Assembly: GCA_030295235.1 (NCBI GenBank)
Contig: AP026139.1
Location: 186,001-250,000 of the forward strand
DNA from: Fistulifera solaris
Lineage: Eukaryota
Length of the DNA stretch: 64,000 bases
Direction: 5' to 3'
Shown here: positions 13,801 through 26,517 of the stretch, piece after piece
Layout: each line of letters opens with the position of its first letter
How positions within the stretch are numbered: position 1 is the stretch's first letter
Notes under the pieces: generated by a model
What the model saw: the letters and a program-made list of their open reading frames with translations, nothing else
Told to the model about the DNA's origin: nothing
Databases searched by the model: none
Program-made: the position numbers and the translations under genes

Positions 13801-16800
13801 AGCCAATAAAGCGATGGGAAGGAACCATGAAGGTTGGCAAGTCAGTACTGGATGATCTAAGGGCGGCGACTTCCGGGACTGGGACCGCATCCACTCGCAA
13901 TACTCCGACCATCAATGTCGCCATGACCACAACGGCTACAGCCTCGAGATCCTCCACCACGTGACGGCCCCACAGAACTCGTCGGACTTGAATCCCCAGT
14001 GCCAGTGTCAAGAGCAAGTAGGCAGTCGCCCAAATTTGGAACTGGAAATGACGTGCAGAGCTTGATTGTTTCAATTCCACACTGGTATTCTGTACAGCTC
14101 CCTAGGTCTGAAGACCGGGAAATCTTGTTAGGTTCAGAAGGAGAACAAGTCTGGATCGTTAAAAAGGCACTTACCTATGTCTGGCTTGCAAATTAGGTTG
14201 CAGGGTCTGTGTACGCACACATCCTTCACGGACTTGCACGAAGCATATCCTGCGCCTTCAAAATTTTCGCAATTAAGATACTCCATATTTTTGCATGTTT
14301 TTCCGATAACATTGTACGGAATTTTCCCCAACAGCTGCCTGCAGATCTCACATGCAGTCGCTTGAATACAGTCGAGAGCAGCGTTCAAATTTCTGGACTC
14401 TTTGATTCGTTCCAACGGCAAAAGCTCCTCTCCATAAAGCCGGCGCCTCGGTAGACTAGCGTTTGCCGTTTCTATGACATCCAAAACGTCTGTACTGTTC
14501 GGTCCTGCATATAAGTATGTGTACAGAATGGAAGTGCTGAACTCGAACACACTCTCAATTCGTCCAAAGTCATCCAGCGAGACTAGGCTCTGCCCCATCA
14601 CGGGGTCAGATTCCTCCGCAACGATCATTTGCTGCCTTCTTTCATCTTCTGGAACAAAAAGAACGTTATTTCCGTGCCGGAGCTCCCCCGAATCCCACCG
14701 GTATATCGAATCGAACGATCTGTTCGATACGGACAGGGAAAACGACACTAGAATTTGCTGGCACTGTTCCAATATTTCGAACCCGTGTTGGATCTTCATC
14801 TTCGTTTGGAAGAATGAATCGGGCATTCTGAAAATACGCTGGCCAGCGATAAGTCAGGTCATGTGCCGCAATCAGACCATAGTTAGTTGCAGTCACCTGA
14901 ATCTCATCGACCAATCCTGAACGGATTCCCTCCCAGTCCAATATGACTGGATCCCATACTATGACAGGCCGGGGGGACGAATGTTTCGAAAGTAGCCTCA
15001 ACCTGGATAATATACTTGTCCAAAACGTCAACCTCTACAACGCTAAAAGTGTAGGACACGGGATCAGCTTGAAGAAACGCCTCAACAAGTTGACCCGGTG
15101 CTTCTAGGAAGATCTCTTTCCGAAAGGAGTTGTGACCGAGCTTCTCGCGCATAAATCTCATAGAAATCTTCAACTAGATCCGGGAATGTAAGCGTACCAT
15201 TGGGCCCTGAGCTTTCCGTGTAGGAAGTACCGACTGTGAGACTCCGTATGCGAACTGACACGTTTGCGAGATTTGGAGTATTTTCCGCAAAGTAGGTGGC
15301 TTCATCTTGAGTGACAATTGTAAGCGCAGCCAGACTCTCAGAGACCACTGTAACGCTGATAGGACAATTCAGCAAAAGTTAAATTTTCTTGAAAACCAAT
15401 GACACCTGAGAAGGTTGTTCCAACATCCATGTCTTCTGATGCCACAAAGGCCAATGATACAGTAGTGTTCTCGTCTCACGGCAAGACTTGGAATTGTCTC
15501 GTCTGAGACCAACCGCAGAATGGTCTGATTAGGCATGACCATGCTAATCGGACTACTTGCATAGCTTCCAATGTTCTTGAGTGTGACATCTCTGTACACT
15601 ACATCGCCTCCTTTCGCGGCGTGAATATCAATCCAACTTGGCTAAACTTGAAGTCTTGGTCTCCGGTCTCTTATGTCGAGATAGATGAATGCCGATTCGG
15701 TGATGCCTTCACTCGTTTGCACAGTAAAGTATAGCCGTCCTTGAAGCGCTTCGTCTGCAGTTGCTTCAAAAGAGAGGTCGACTGACGACGACAAGTTGTT
15801 TGTGCTATTAACACCCAAGGAACTTGTCAAAGACAAACTTTCGGCCTTGTCGAACGCAACAGATATTCCAGAGAATGAACCACCATGGAAAGAAATACGG
15901 AACGCATTTTCAGCCAGCACAGTCTCCCCGTGAAACCGGAAACGAGGTATGATGAAGGCGAGATGTCGACTCCCCTTATAAACAATTCACCTTGCACCGT
16001 CGAGTTTTCGTAACCAGAGTGCTCACCACCATAAACAAACATTCCAGCTTCAAAGCTGTACGGTTGGTAAAGAATTGAAATCGTGCCGTACGGGCTGGTT
16101 TTCAGACTAATTTTCCGACGAGTCCCATTGGGAGCTTCTCTGATCCACAACGTGGCAAGCTTACCGCCGACCAAGGCATTCGGAAGCAATCGCTCGTGTT
16201 TCCGACATCGAAACTCAGTCGAGGAGCAGGGCGCATCTTACTCACAGCATCGGTCGAGACCTTGACGTAGTAGGAAGGACTCACTTGAAGTAGACATAGA
16301 TGTAGTCGCTCGTTAGCTCATTGCGGGCTTGCACACGGACCGACTGAGTCCGAAGTTTAGCTTCCGGGCTCTGCCACGACAGCTTTCCAGTGGAGCTATC
16401 GATCACCATGCCTAGGGATGGAACTCCAATAATTGTCCACTCAACAGGCTCAGAACCCTTATCCAAGGAGAGAATCACATTAAAGGGCTCGCCTTCAACC
16501 AACGTGAACGGGGCAATAATATCTCTGATAAGTGGAGCCACAAGTTGTTCATCGCATGCTTCGCCTCGAAAGCCATAGTAACACTGACACCGACCGAAAC
16601 TACAAAAACCATTTTGACACTGTTCCTCAGGGCAGTTGCTGTAGAAAGTGAAGGGAATGGTGTTGTAAGAGTACTCATCATCCACAATCAGTCGCAAAGA
16701 AGAAAGAAGCAACCCAGAAGATGAGACCTGCACGCTCGGACTGATGCACCTGAGCGAAGCGCCGTCCAAAATGGCGTCCTACTGTCCCAGCGCCATAGAA

Positions 16801-19800
16801 GTAACATTTCTTCGTGCTGTTGGTGTCACCAAAGTTAACACCATCTATTTGGATTGTAATTCCACCTTCGTCAATAGCGTCGTTTGGTGCAACCAATTCG
16901 ATGTAGGGCAACGAAAGACATGCCGGTCCGAAGTACCCCGGTGAGCACTGGCGACACAGGTCCCCTGCAAAGTTGTGAGGGCACTCACAGCAAGCTTTGC
17001 TGCCGCACGCACTGCAGCTGCCACCGTTGTAACAAATAGGGCATTTAACACATTTCTCTCCAATCTGCTTGTAGTTTGGAACACATTCATCGCAGCACTC
17101 TCCTGTATACCCCACAGAACAGGAGCAAACATTTGGCAAAGCGCAGAAACCATTGCCGTTGCACGAGTTGCACACGTTGCATTTAGCCACCGAGCATGAT
17201 TCGCCAAGCCAATCGTCATCGCAGCTGCATACATCAAAATCTAAACACGGACCATGACCATTGCAGAATCCAATGCTCTGGCATGTTGGTGTTCCACAAG
17301 CCGGTCCACCCCATCCTTCTTCACAGATGCAGTAGTCAGGAAAAACACAAAGCGCCTTGATTCGAACAATTAAGATCACATACAGAGTATAGTTCGGAAG
17401 GGAGAAATGGAACTATAGTGATTTGCGGAGACGTGGGTCTTCATCGTCGTCGTGGATGCGATTGTCAATTAGAGCCTCTGAGAGATCGGTTGGCAAAGCA
17501 AAGCGATTGTTGGTTGCATTGACCACCATGTCAGCAGGAAAGGCTCCACTGAAGCCAAAAGTTGTTATTTCCAATCGTGACGAGGGATAGTCATCAAAGT
17601 CATTGCCTTCGATATTCCATGTCGACAGTCCATTCGAGGCCAAAGAAAGGACAGCCCTTTCACCTGACGTTGAAAGCTTGGCTTGATTCTTTCTGAAAAT
17701 GTTACCATGAATTCTAGCATATGGTTGGTGATTCTTATATAAGGCTAAACGAACGATATTGTCCCCTTCATTGCTCTCGACAAGGTTACCTTCAAAAGCA
17801 ATTGATCTGAAAGAATATAGGTTTACAATGTTACAACTGGGGCAGGAGTTTGACAGGAACCGGCTAGGCAAAAAAAGAGGCAGAGAACGTTAGAAGCAGC
17901 CAAGGATGGGAACAGAGTCAGCCAAGTACACGCACCATAATGATACTGATACTTTTTCATTTTGAGATGAACTGGTAACAAACAAAGCCGAACGGAGATC
18001 AAAAAAATTAACTCCAGCAATGTTGATGCCAAGGTTCGACCCCCATCAATTCTCAATCCGTTGTTGTTGGAGTTGGAAATTGAGCTGCAGAGTAAGAGAC
18101 GAGGCAGTCCACGTGAGTTGGTACATGGACTGTCCATACAATTTAGTCCCACTTTAAAAGCACGAGTGCATTTACCTGTCAGAGATATTGAAAAATTGCT
18201 TCCGCCCTTAGAGTAAATCTGTGTCCCGGTTGGATCTGCTTCAAAATTCGCCACAAAATCGCGAACCTGAAATCTTTACACTTTCGCCTTTGTTTACCGA
18301 AAGTCCTTCTTGTGCTGAGAAGGTGATGTTTGTGTCTTGGATTACCACAGACTGCGCATTGAAAGAGGAGTCAACATAGACTCCACGGCGTTTGCTCCTC
18401 TCAATCACTGAATCACGAATGAGAAAATCACCGGGAGCATCGTGGCGTAGACACCGTCGGAGCCCGATCCCTGATCAACCCATTATTAATCATCACTCCC
18501 ACACGTTCAAGGTAAACAGCAGCTGGCATAGAAGCATATCCGCCATTGACAAGGATGAAGTGCCTCAGAACAGACCCATCGGTATATTCGCTTCCTGCGA
18601 TGTCACTACCTTCCGCACCAGGACTGAACCAGATCCCACCCCATTCGCTCGATGATGGAATTTCGGAATCACCGTACTCATTCAAAAGTCGATCTGTAGA
18701 AGACAGGAGAACTGGATGGGTAGTATTGCCCAGGACACGAAACTCTCCTTCAATGATACGAATGATCACTGACGGAGCGAAGAGAATCCTGACTCCAGCT
18801 TCAAAAATAAGGACAGCATCCGGATGCTGAAGAATGATTGAGCGAGGTCGTAGTACAAGCCAGCTTCTACCAAAATGGTGACTGCTTGAAGACCGTCCCA
18901 CTGATCGTTCGTCCCACCGTATCCACGATTGAACCCATAGGAGGCGAATTAATTTTGGCTCAAGGTTTCATCCACATAAATCCCTGAATAAAAAATAGAA
19001 GCAAGTGTAGCTTGACTCAAGCTGTCAAATGTCTTTTCTTTTAACTCCTCAAAGCTTGTTGTGCCCCAATAGTTGGAACCTATCGTATATATACCACCAT
19101 CAACATCTTGGAACTTCGCCGACACACTAACGAAGAACTTCAAGGCCGCTCCGTTTGTAAGGATGTTCTCCGTCAATACAAGAGAAGTATCTGTATATCC
19201 TCGGGAGGAAAATCGCACTGTATCCAGAGCAGTTATCAAAACGATTGAATGACGCTTAGGCGTCTTCGGAGTCGACGCTCAATAAGCCGTGAGGGCGACT
19301 CCACATTAACACTCGAAATTAGGTTTCCAGTCACATTTAAAGTGGATACTCGAAGTCTGAGGCAATCTAGACGACAAGAAAAAGAATCAAAGGTGTTGTT
19401 GCGAAGTACAAGCGGCGACTGGTGACATCGACAGCGTGAATTTGTAGTGGCACCACTCTAGCGATGCGGTTACCAATCATTTTGAAACTACCAGTACCTC
19501 CTTGATTCACATAGATAAGGGAGTTCGGGTTTCCCTTGAAGTTAATCAAGTTGTCGTGCAATTCAACCAAAAGAGAGCCTCTATAGTGGCCATGCGCATA
19601 GAATACGTGATAATAAAGATTCGGGACCTCAAATCTGCAACCTTTCATCGTCAAAGGACCCACATTATAACCAGCGTGCAGCGGATACCCGTAATAAATC
19701 CCCGGTAGCAAAGTCGCATCGAACACCACTGCTTCCACAAGAGACGTTCCCGAATTATCGAGGTCAAGCCCTCTCATATACTGATACTTCGGTCGCATTT

Positions 19801-22800
19801 CGACCTTCGTGACAACTAGATTCACAGCGTCTTGACTGTAGACAAACGATCTCCCCTTAAGCTCGACATAAAGCCATTCTTAACAGTGACGTTCCCACTC
19901 CCCTGCATATGGATAATTGCTGGACCATGAGGTTTTGATGTGTCAACGAAATTAAAGCCATCAAGAGAGAAACTTTTATCTGCCGCGAAGGAATAGATGG
20001 AGCCCACCTCCGCTGCAATTAAGCATAGTGATATTGCGAAAAAACGCAGCTTGTTTGATCAATATTGGGCTCGCTGTACCTGATAAGTTAACATGTTCTA
20101 GAAAAACACTGCCTGCCATAGAAGCCGCCGATACCGCCCCATCGGCTCCCAGATGCCTTGAAGAACACTGGTTTCTCCGGTAACCCTTTTGCCAAAAGCG
20201 AACCCTTATCCACCAACAGACTTGATCCCGGATCCATCCAGATCAACACACCTGGTTCTAACACAAGTTTTCCATCAATCAGAAGCGACCCTTGTGACGT
20301 ATAATTACCCTCAGATAGAGTTAAGTTCACATCGTGTTCCAGGCGACCGCTCAAAACGTTTCCGTTCGAAGAAACGGGATCGTTGCATTGACTGCTTCTC
20401 CCGATGCATTGGGTGTCAGCAAGTATGGACTGAAGATAAGTTCGGGAGTACCGAGTCTCGTCAAGCCCATCAAAAATACAGCAATCACCTCCAAAGGATC
20501 AGTAGAGCCCCAGTAAGACATGGAAGCATCAATCTCGGGCGTTTCTGATGCTGACTCCAACACTTTAACATAGTATTGTGCCGTGTCATTTCGGAAGGCG
20601 TTGTAAAGATGTTACCGGATAAAGTTGTTTCTCCTGACGGCCACTGCCGAATCACAATCAGGGCAGGGTTTGTCGTAGATGTTGCTCTAAGATTCTCCGC
20701 AAAGACGCCTTGAATGTTGGTTGCACTATAGTCAGTTCTGTACGAAACGTCCATCACGCTTTGGGCAGAAATGTTGCTGAAAACATTCCCGACGCTTCAA
20801 GACCGAAGGGACTTTTAGCATCATAGGAAAGGCGCATCGCAGCCCCATAGAGAATATCCCAGTTGTGAAGTTGGTTGTTTTGGACATATATTTGGTCACA
20901 GTTCTCACAATCTAGATTGAGAGCGTGGGAAGTAGTGCGAACCACGTTATCTCCGTTAAAAACGTTGCCCTTCACCGAGGCAGAGCAGCCGTTGGTGCAA
21001 TCCAGGTTCAAACCACCATTCGTCCCTAAGAAGCTGTTGTTTAAAATCTCATAGTAGATGGACTGGTGCAAGCCGTTGAGGTGGATGGCGTGAATTTGTT
21101 GTTCCCTCAAAATAAGAATCAACCACGTTCACACTTTTGACGTATTGACCCGTGTATACCCCCTTGCCGCCCTAAAACAGCAATTGTCGAAAGCGATACA
21201 GCTGAACGTCTATCAATTTGGATGGCTTGACCCCCACAGGCTTCAAAATTGCTCGAATAGACACTGAAATCGTTGCCCTCAATGTTCCAGGAGTTCAATC
21301 CCCGGGAAACAATGCAATCGCTCTGAGTGCCGTCGACTCGGATCGAATTTAACCCCAACGCACCTGAACCAGTATGCTCAATGCCAACAATAAGCCATCA
21401 ATATTAAAGTGCGAACAATTCATTGGAATTGCCGACTTGAACAGCAAACCCCTCCACCAAGTGCCATCCAGGGGCCGGGAGAAAGATAGGAGAATCCTCC
21501 ATGCCCGAGGCAACAAGGCTACCGTGTACCACAATACCGTGAGGAAGCAAAATTTATTATTGTGTCTGGACTCAACTCTAGAGTGGCATTGTTGAGCACA
21601 ATGAGCGACAAGCTGCAATTGTACTCTGAAGACGGCAAAACAAAGGTACCGTTCCAAACTACACCGCCAACCGAACCGTCTGGAAGGATCGGACCTGGTA
21701 GCTGCACATCAATAAGCGGGCCGTTGACAAGGGGATTTAATAGTATCGTCTTGAGCATGAGGACAGCGTGAATGGACGTTTTCAGTCCGTCCTTCACCGT
21801 GGTGCGGAGACCCTGCAAATCATCCTGGAATACACCCCAGTAGTTTGCTGGAAGGTTGACCATGTCGCTCGTCGTGAAGCCACTGGCAAGAGTTTGGAGA
21901 TTGACGGAGACTGAAGCAGTCGTGTTGATAAACAGATTCTGCTGAAAGGACGAGAATGGGTAGGTATTCAATCGCAGCAGCTCGACAGCAACACTGTTGA
22001 CTACTGCATTCTCTTCAAACACGGTCGTCCTGGTCAAATAGTTGCCATTACCTTCAAGATAAATCAAGACACTACCAGCAGTACACTGGCTGACAATATT
22101 TCCACGAGCCTCAAAGAAATGTCCGTGTTAAGCCGACAAGTGCAGCATTGCGTAGCTTGTCGACGACGAAGTCGCCCACGGTGTTGTTGTAGATGACTAG
22201 GTCGCCGGCTTGACACCCCGTGCCTTGAACCCAGATCCCACCAGATAAACTTTTGATAACCGGCGTTGTCGGAAACAGAGATATTAATGCATTGCGACTG
22301 GAAATCAAGATGCAACCGACCGTTGTAAAAGGTGTTACGACCGATGGCGCTCCTCGTAGCCGTCTTTGGACCATGCAAGTATTGAAAGGTGATTGAACTG
22401 GACGACGGCCGGGCAATCACTAGATTGTCAGTGAAGGAGAGCGGCTGATGGTTCACTCCAGACGAGCCAATGTATTGAGTATAAACCGCAGTTGCTTGGC
22501 CATTATTCGGTATTTCGACAGTGTTGCGAGTAAAACTAACTTCGGAAATATAGTAAAGAGACACTTGACCAAGAACGCGACAGTCTTGGACGGTCAGGGC
22601 GGAACAGCCCTCGCACTTGAACCGCATCAAATACTGTCGGCATAATATCAACGTTATCCATCAAGACAATGCCACTGTTCTGGTTCTCGCCCGGACATAA
22701 ATGCCTCCTCTTAAAACGAAAGTACTATTGACCGATTCTTTCATTATCTTCAAGTACTTTGCCACAAAGAACCCGCTAAGCTTTTCAACCTTAACAACAT

Positions 22801-24276
22801 GGCGTCCGGTGTTTGAGGAATAGCACTCAATCAAGTTGACTGCGTTGATGAATGGAGTCTTTCCGTGCGTTAAGTCCAAAGCATACTTGGAACTCGATCC
22901 TGCTCTTACAATATCCACGTACTGCATGATGCTTCCAGAGGCGTAGTTAAGGTCGCTGCCTCCTGCCTCTGAGAATACCGCAGCATTTGCAGAGGGCCAA
23001 AACTCAATACCTTGCCAATTGAAGGATGGATTTGCAGGCTTGAGCACTACAGCGGTTGTTGAAATCTCCAGAGATAAGCAGCGTACCACCAGAGTTGATG
23101 ATTCCAGAACTCGAGTCCTGAAAAATAACGTGAGTCCCAGGTTGAATCACAAGGGTCCCACTACTTTGAATGTCGACAACGCCAGTGATATTAACGGGGC
23201 TGTCATCAGCTTTCCAGGTTACAGGACTGTCTACCACATAAGGACCTTGGATCTCGAGAGCATCGGCCGTAAGAGTCGTCAGCAAAGAACATAGGTCGTC
23301 AGCGACCGATGGCGATTTCGTTCAGCGACTCTTTGTCTGCTTCTTCCACGTAAGATTTTTCTCATGTCTTTTTGGCTTCCGGAAGTAAAGAGATACAAGG
23401 CAGAGCGCCACCAAGACGCAAAAGACGATTTTTGTTTCAGTTTTTTCATGACAGAAGATTTCAACAAGTTTCTTCTTTTCGGTGCGGCTGTTTTTACGTT
23501 TTGAATTTCCATATCACAGCGGTATTCACATCCCTTAGGCGTCTTCATAAATTTTGTCGTGTGGCCTTGCCCCGCCTTCTTGGGATTGGGACAGTAGTCA
23601 GCAACGAGGGGTGGATCAAGAGAAACGACTGATGAATAAAAGCAAAGACGTAAATGAGTTTCGAGTGAAAAACTAAGGTTACCGAAAAACTAAACCCATC
23701 CGAGTAAATGGCCTCGGGCGCTGACCTTGTTGACTGAGTGAGCGTCGAAGACAATCGCATTTTGAACGGTAGAAACACAAAAGACGACTTCTGACGCAAC
23801 CAACCTACAGCCAATGGTTATCGACGGAACTTACTCTGCTTTTTGCCTTCAAAGTCAGCGCCTCTTTCCAGTGCAACCAACCTCACCAAGCCGATCCTCT
23901 TCTGAGATCGAAGAAAGCGAGCGATAACGTAAAGAAAGCGACACGAGACACGAGGAAGGAGAAGAAAGAATTATTATGAGAGCAGATGCAGTGGAATTAG
24001 TCAAGGGTTCGTCGTTCATATGCTGCCAGCTGCAAGCTATTTGGCGGTGGTCGTTACCATTATATAAACGAACAACTGCTGAAAGGGCCGTTACTCATAT
24101 ATAAACAAACAACAGCAAAAACGTACCGTGTTTTCTTCGACATGTGAGGGACGCAAAAAGATTGCTTTACCAGTCCGATGGGGGCCACAAGCTCCTTCTT
24201 GAACTTCGACGACGGGCGACATTGAGACAGACTGCACAAACATGATGCCAACGAGGAAGATAAAGGCCTCTTTCAT
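10834..24276 (-). CDS. Giant (~4,300 aa estimated) secreted multidomain protein: parallel beta-helix modules, EGF-like repeats, IPT/TIG and Ig-like folds, FN3, Cys-rich repeat; heavily frameshifted (gene or young pseudogene)
   Basis: Signal peptide MKEAFIFLVGIMFVQSVS at 24276. Exons 24127-24276 and 23835-23901, and the exon starting at 23628, splice in frame via GT-AG introns. A further intron at 12396-12463 restores EDKKG|LFVDF. A continuous chain of minus-strand fragments follows: about 4 modules of TLVIQPG..WQGIEF..NYWG type, EGF repeats (16281-17379), APNDAIDEGGITIQIDGVNFG (TIG-like), FN3-like LPVTNLRITASTNNSLSVAW, and CGNSIVDVGEECDEG. The 3' end is approximate. Confidence 0.8.
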
Positions 24277-25249
24277 CCTTGTCGTTGTTTCCGGTTTTGT
24301 TGTTTCTATCCTTCTTCTTTTTCTTCGTCTTCTGAACGTTTACGAGCAGATTACAGCTGGTTGCGGATAGCAATGGTTTGCAGGCTTTTAAATACGAAGC
24401 TCTGCCAATCCTTCTTTACCCTGGTAATCTTTCATCGCAAAAACAAAACCGCTTGTGCATAGAGTGGGTCGGCGGAGGACAAGGAACGGTGGTGCTTATT
24501 CGTACTGTTTGCAAGGTTTGCACCATTTTATTCGTTTTTTTACGATGTCGTATTCCGAATTTCTAAAAGTCATAGTGCCAATTTGAATGATTCATTTTTC
24601 ATTTCACCTGTTACCTGTTCATCATTCCAATTTGGCACAAATAAGTCCAAACCATAGCTTTCTGCCTATCTCTCGTTCTCTCACCGGTTACTACGTAGTA
24701 CTATTCGACACTCTGGTTGACCCTAAATTTATATTTATTGCAACATTGCCTACTTTTTTATCTGGAAAAGGAGAAGCCCTCTCGAGAGACTACAGTATAG
24801 AGTGGTCTAAGCAAATGAAGCTCAAATCTCACTTTATGGACAGAAAACATGAGACATGAGAGTAAATGGCAAAGACACCAAAAATTGCGCCGGCCAGTTG
24901 CCAGATCTCGCTGATCTCCCCCTCGCCACCATTTCATCGATGGAACAACCAACCAACCCATTGAAATGCAACAAAACGAGAACAAACACCCCTTACAAAC
25001 CAATAATGTTTTGCTTTTCATAAAACGTACATGGTCTAGAAGCTGATACTTGACCCGTCACAATGGTGCAAAAACTGCTGATGGCTGCAAATCCGTAGAT
25101 ACACGACCGGCAGAAAGAGTCGAATGCTAAATTACAATATGAGGCCAAAAATAGATCTTTTAACTCAATTTGCAACGAGTTCGTCGCTAATTTTTACCTG
25201 TTAGTCTTTCTGAGTTCCGTTCCTTTTGCTCGCTTGGTTTACTTTGGAC

Positions 25250-25867
25250 TATGACCAGCTATGGCAAGGCGTGTTGCCCATCCAATCGATACACATTAAA
25301 AACTGCACCGTCGAGAATGGCTAAGATCGGAAATGCTTTGTTCCTCCCGCGGTTGTGAAAAATGGTATTTCGAGCTGCGAAATTGGATCGGTATTCTTCG
25401 GATTGCATTGGGGCATGCACGCCATTCCTTGTTTCCGGAAGTTTCATCATCGTCATCACGCCGAGACACAAATTGAAGCACGCGATGTACTGCGGCATTC
25501 ACTGCTGGATGGAGGTTTACAGGTTCTGGTCAACATTTTGGTGTAAAGGCACACGCCTTGGGGCGTGGCGAAATCTCGATTGGCACGGTTGGGTCACAAC
25601 GTGATAGTCGTTTGGATGCTGACCGAGTCGCATACATCTTCGCCGTATCCGTATCTATGGCGTCGATGGTTCGTGGGGGTACGCGAACATGTTCATCACC
25701 ACACAGCGCAAGGAGATGATGCGAAGACAATGAATGGACGGTGTCATCGTTATCAGCAGTTCTTCGGGTATTTGGATGATCTGCGAATATGGCTAGGTCG
25801 GCGAGAGTGCAAGTCGTCAATCAAGTAAAAAGAAAGATGTCATACGATAGTAAATGTACGATTATTC
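25250..25867 (+). pseudogene. Truncated, decayed duplicate of the 9921-10740 hydroxylase gene
   Basis: The 5' part (25325-25393) matches 10176-10305 with substitutions and internal deletions. The 3' 474 bp are near-identical but carry a CAA>TAA stop at 25544. Confidence 0.85.
25394..25867 (+). repeat. 474-bp direct repeat, copy 2 (copy 1 at 10306-10779)
   Basis: Direct sequence comparison; identity ends at ...GTACGATTATTC in both copies. Confidence 0.95.
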
Positions 25868-26022
25868 TTTCTAAGTTATACGGAGTAGTGATCTGGGAAA
25901 TCATTACAAACGACTAAGCCAGAAGCAAATTGTTCTAAAAAAAGAATCGTCGTTTGTTCCGTTCAATCTACGCGCTGCAGAATGTACAAGAAAATGGGTT
26001 ATTTGGGTTGGAACAAAAATAA

Positions 26023-26517
26023 TCAAACTGAGTCGATGCATATGTTGGACAAAATTTCATCCAGACTCCGATTCGAGACTTTCAACTCGTCGATTTTCCG
26101 CCGGAATGCAGGGTCGCTTTGATAGAAATGACCCGATTGCATGAATGATCTTTCCAGTGTTAATGAAGCCGACGGCAAAGATCGATGCGTATCGGACAAA
26201 TCCTTGAATATAGATCGACACCGTACTAGTCGGCGCTTATTTTGCATTTGTTGTTGAGACTGAAAGAGAGCAGTCTTCAAGTCAATGCAAGGAGCTCCAC
26301 TCGTGACAGAATCGTCGGAACTAAAACTCCATTCGATACTGGGGAAGTCTATTGTGTCTTGTACATTGCTTTCATCTTGTTTTCCGAAGGCGATTGAAGA
26401 TCCGGATTGCCGACGCTTCCTTTCCGATGAGGGCTGATCCCAACGTAATAAGGCCGCTTCTAAAGCCAACGTTGCTGGTTGGTTACTCGTGCTCCCAATA
26501 TTGCTATCTCCTCTCAT
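26023..26517 (-). CDS. Small Ser-rich hypothetical protein with FPxIxW and LVRxxS motifs
   Basis: Open frame with probable ATG at 26517 (MRGDSNIG). Shares two motifs with the 27520-27867 protein. Confidence 0.6.
   Translation of the reverse strand: MRGDSNIGSTSNQPATLALEAALLRWDQPSSERKRRQSGSSIAFGKQDESNVQDTIDFPSIEWSFSSDDSVTSGAPCIDLKTALFQSQQQMQNKRRLVRCRSIFKDLSDTHRSLPSASLTLERSFMQSGHFYQSDPAFRRKIDELKVSNRSLDEILSNICIDSV

Noticed and set aside
10306..25867. LTR retrotransposon defined by the 474-bp direct repeats
   Set aside because: The repeats are the 3' half of a host enzyme gene. There are no TG...CA ends and no gag, RT or integrase motifs inside.
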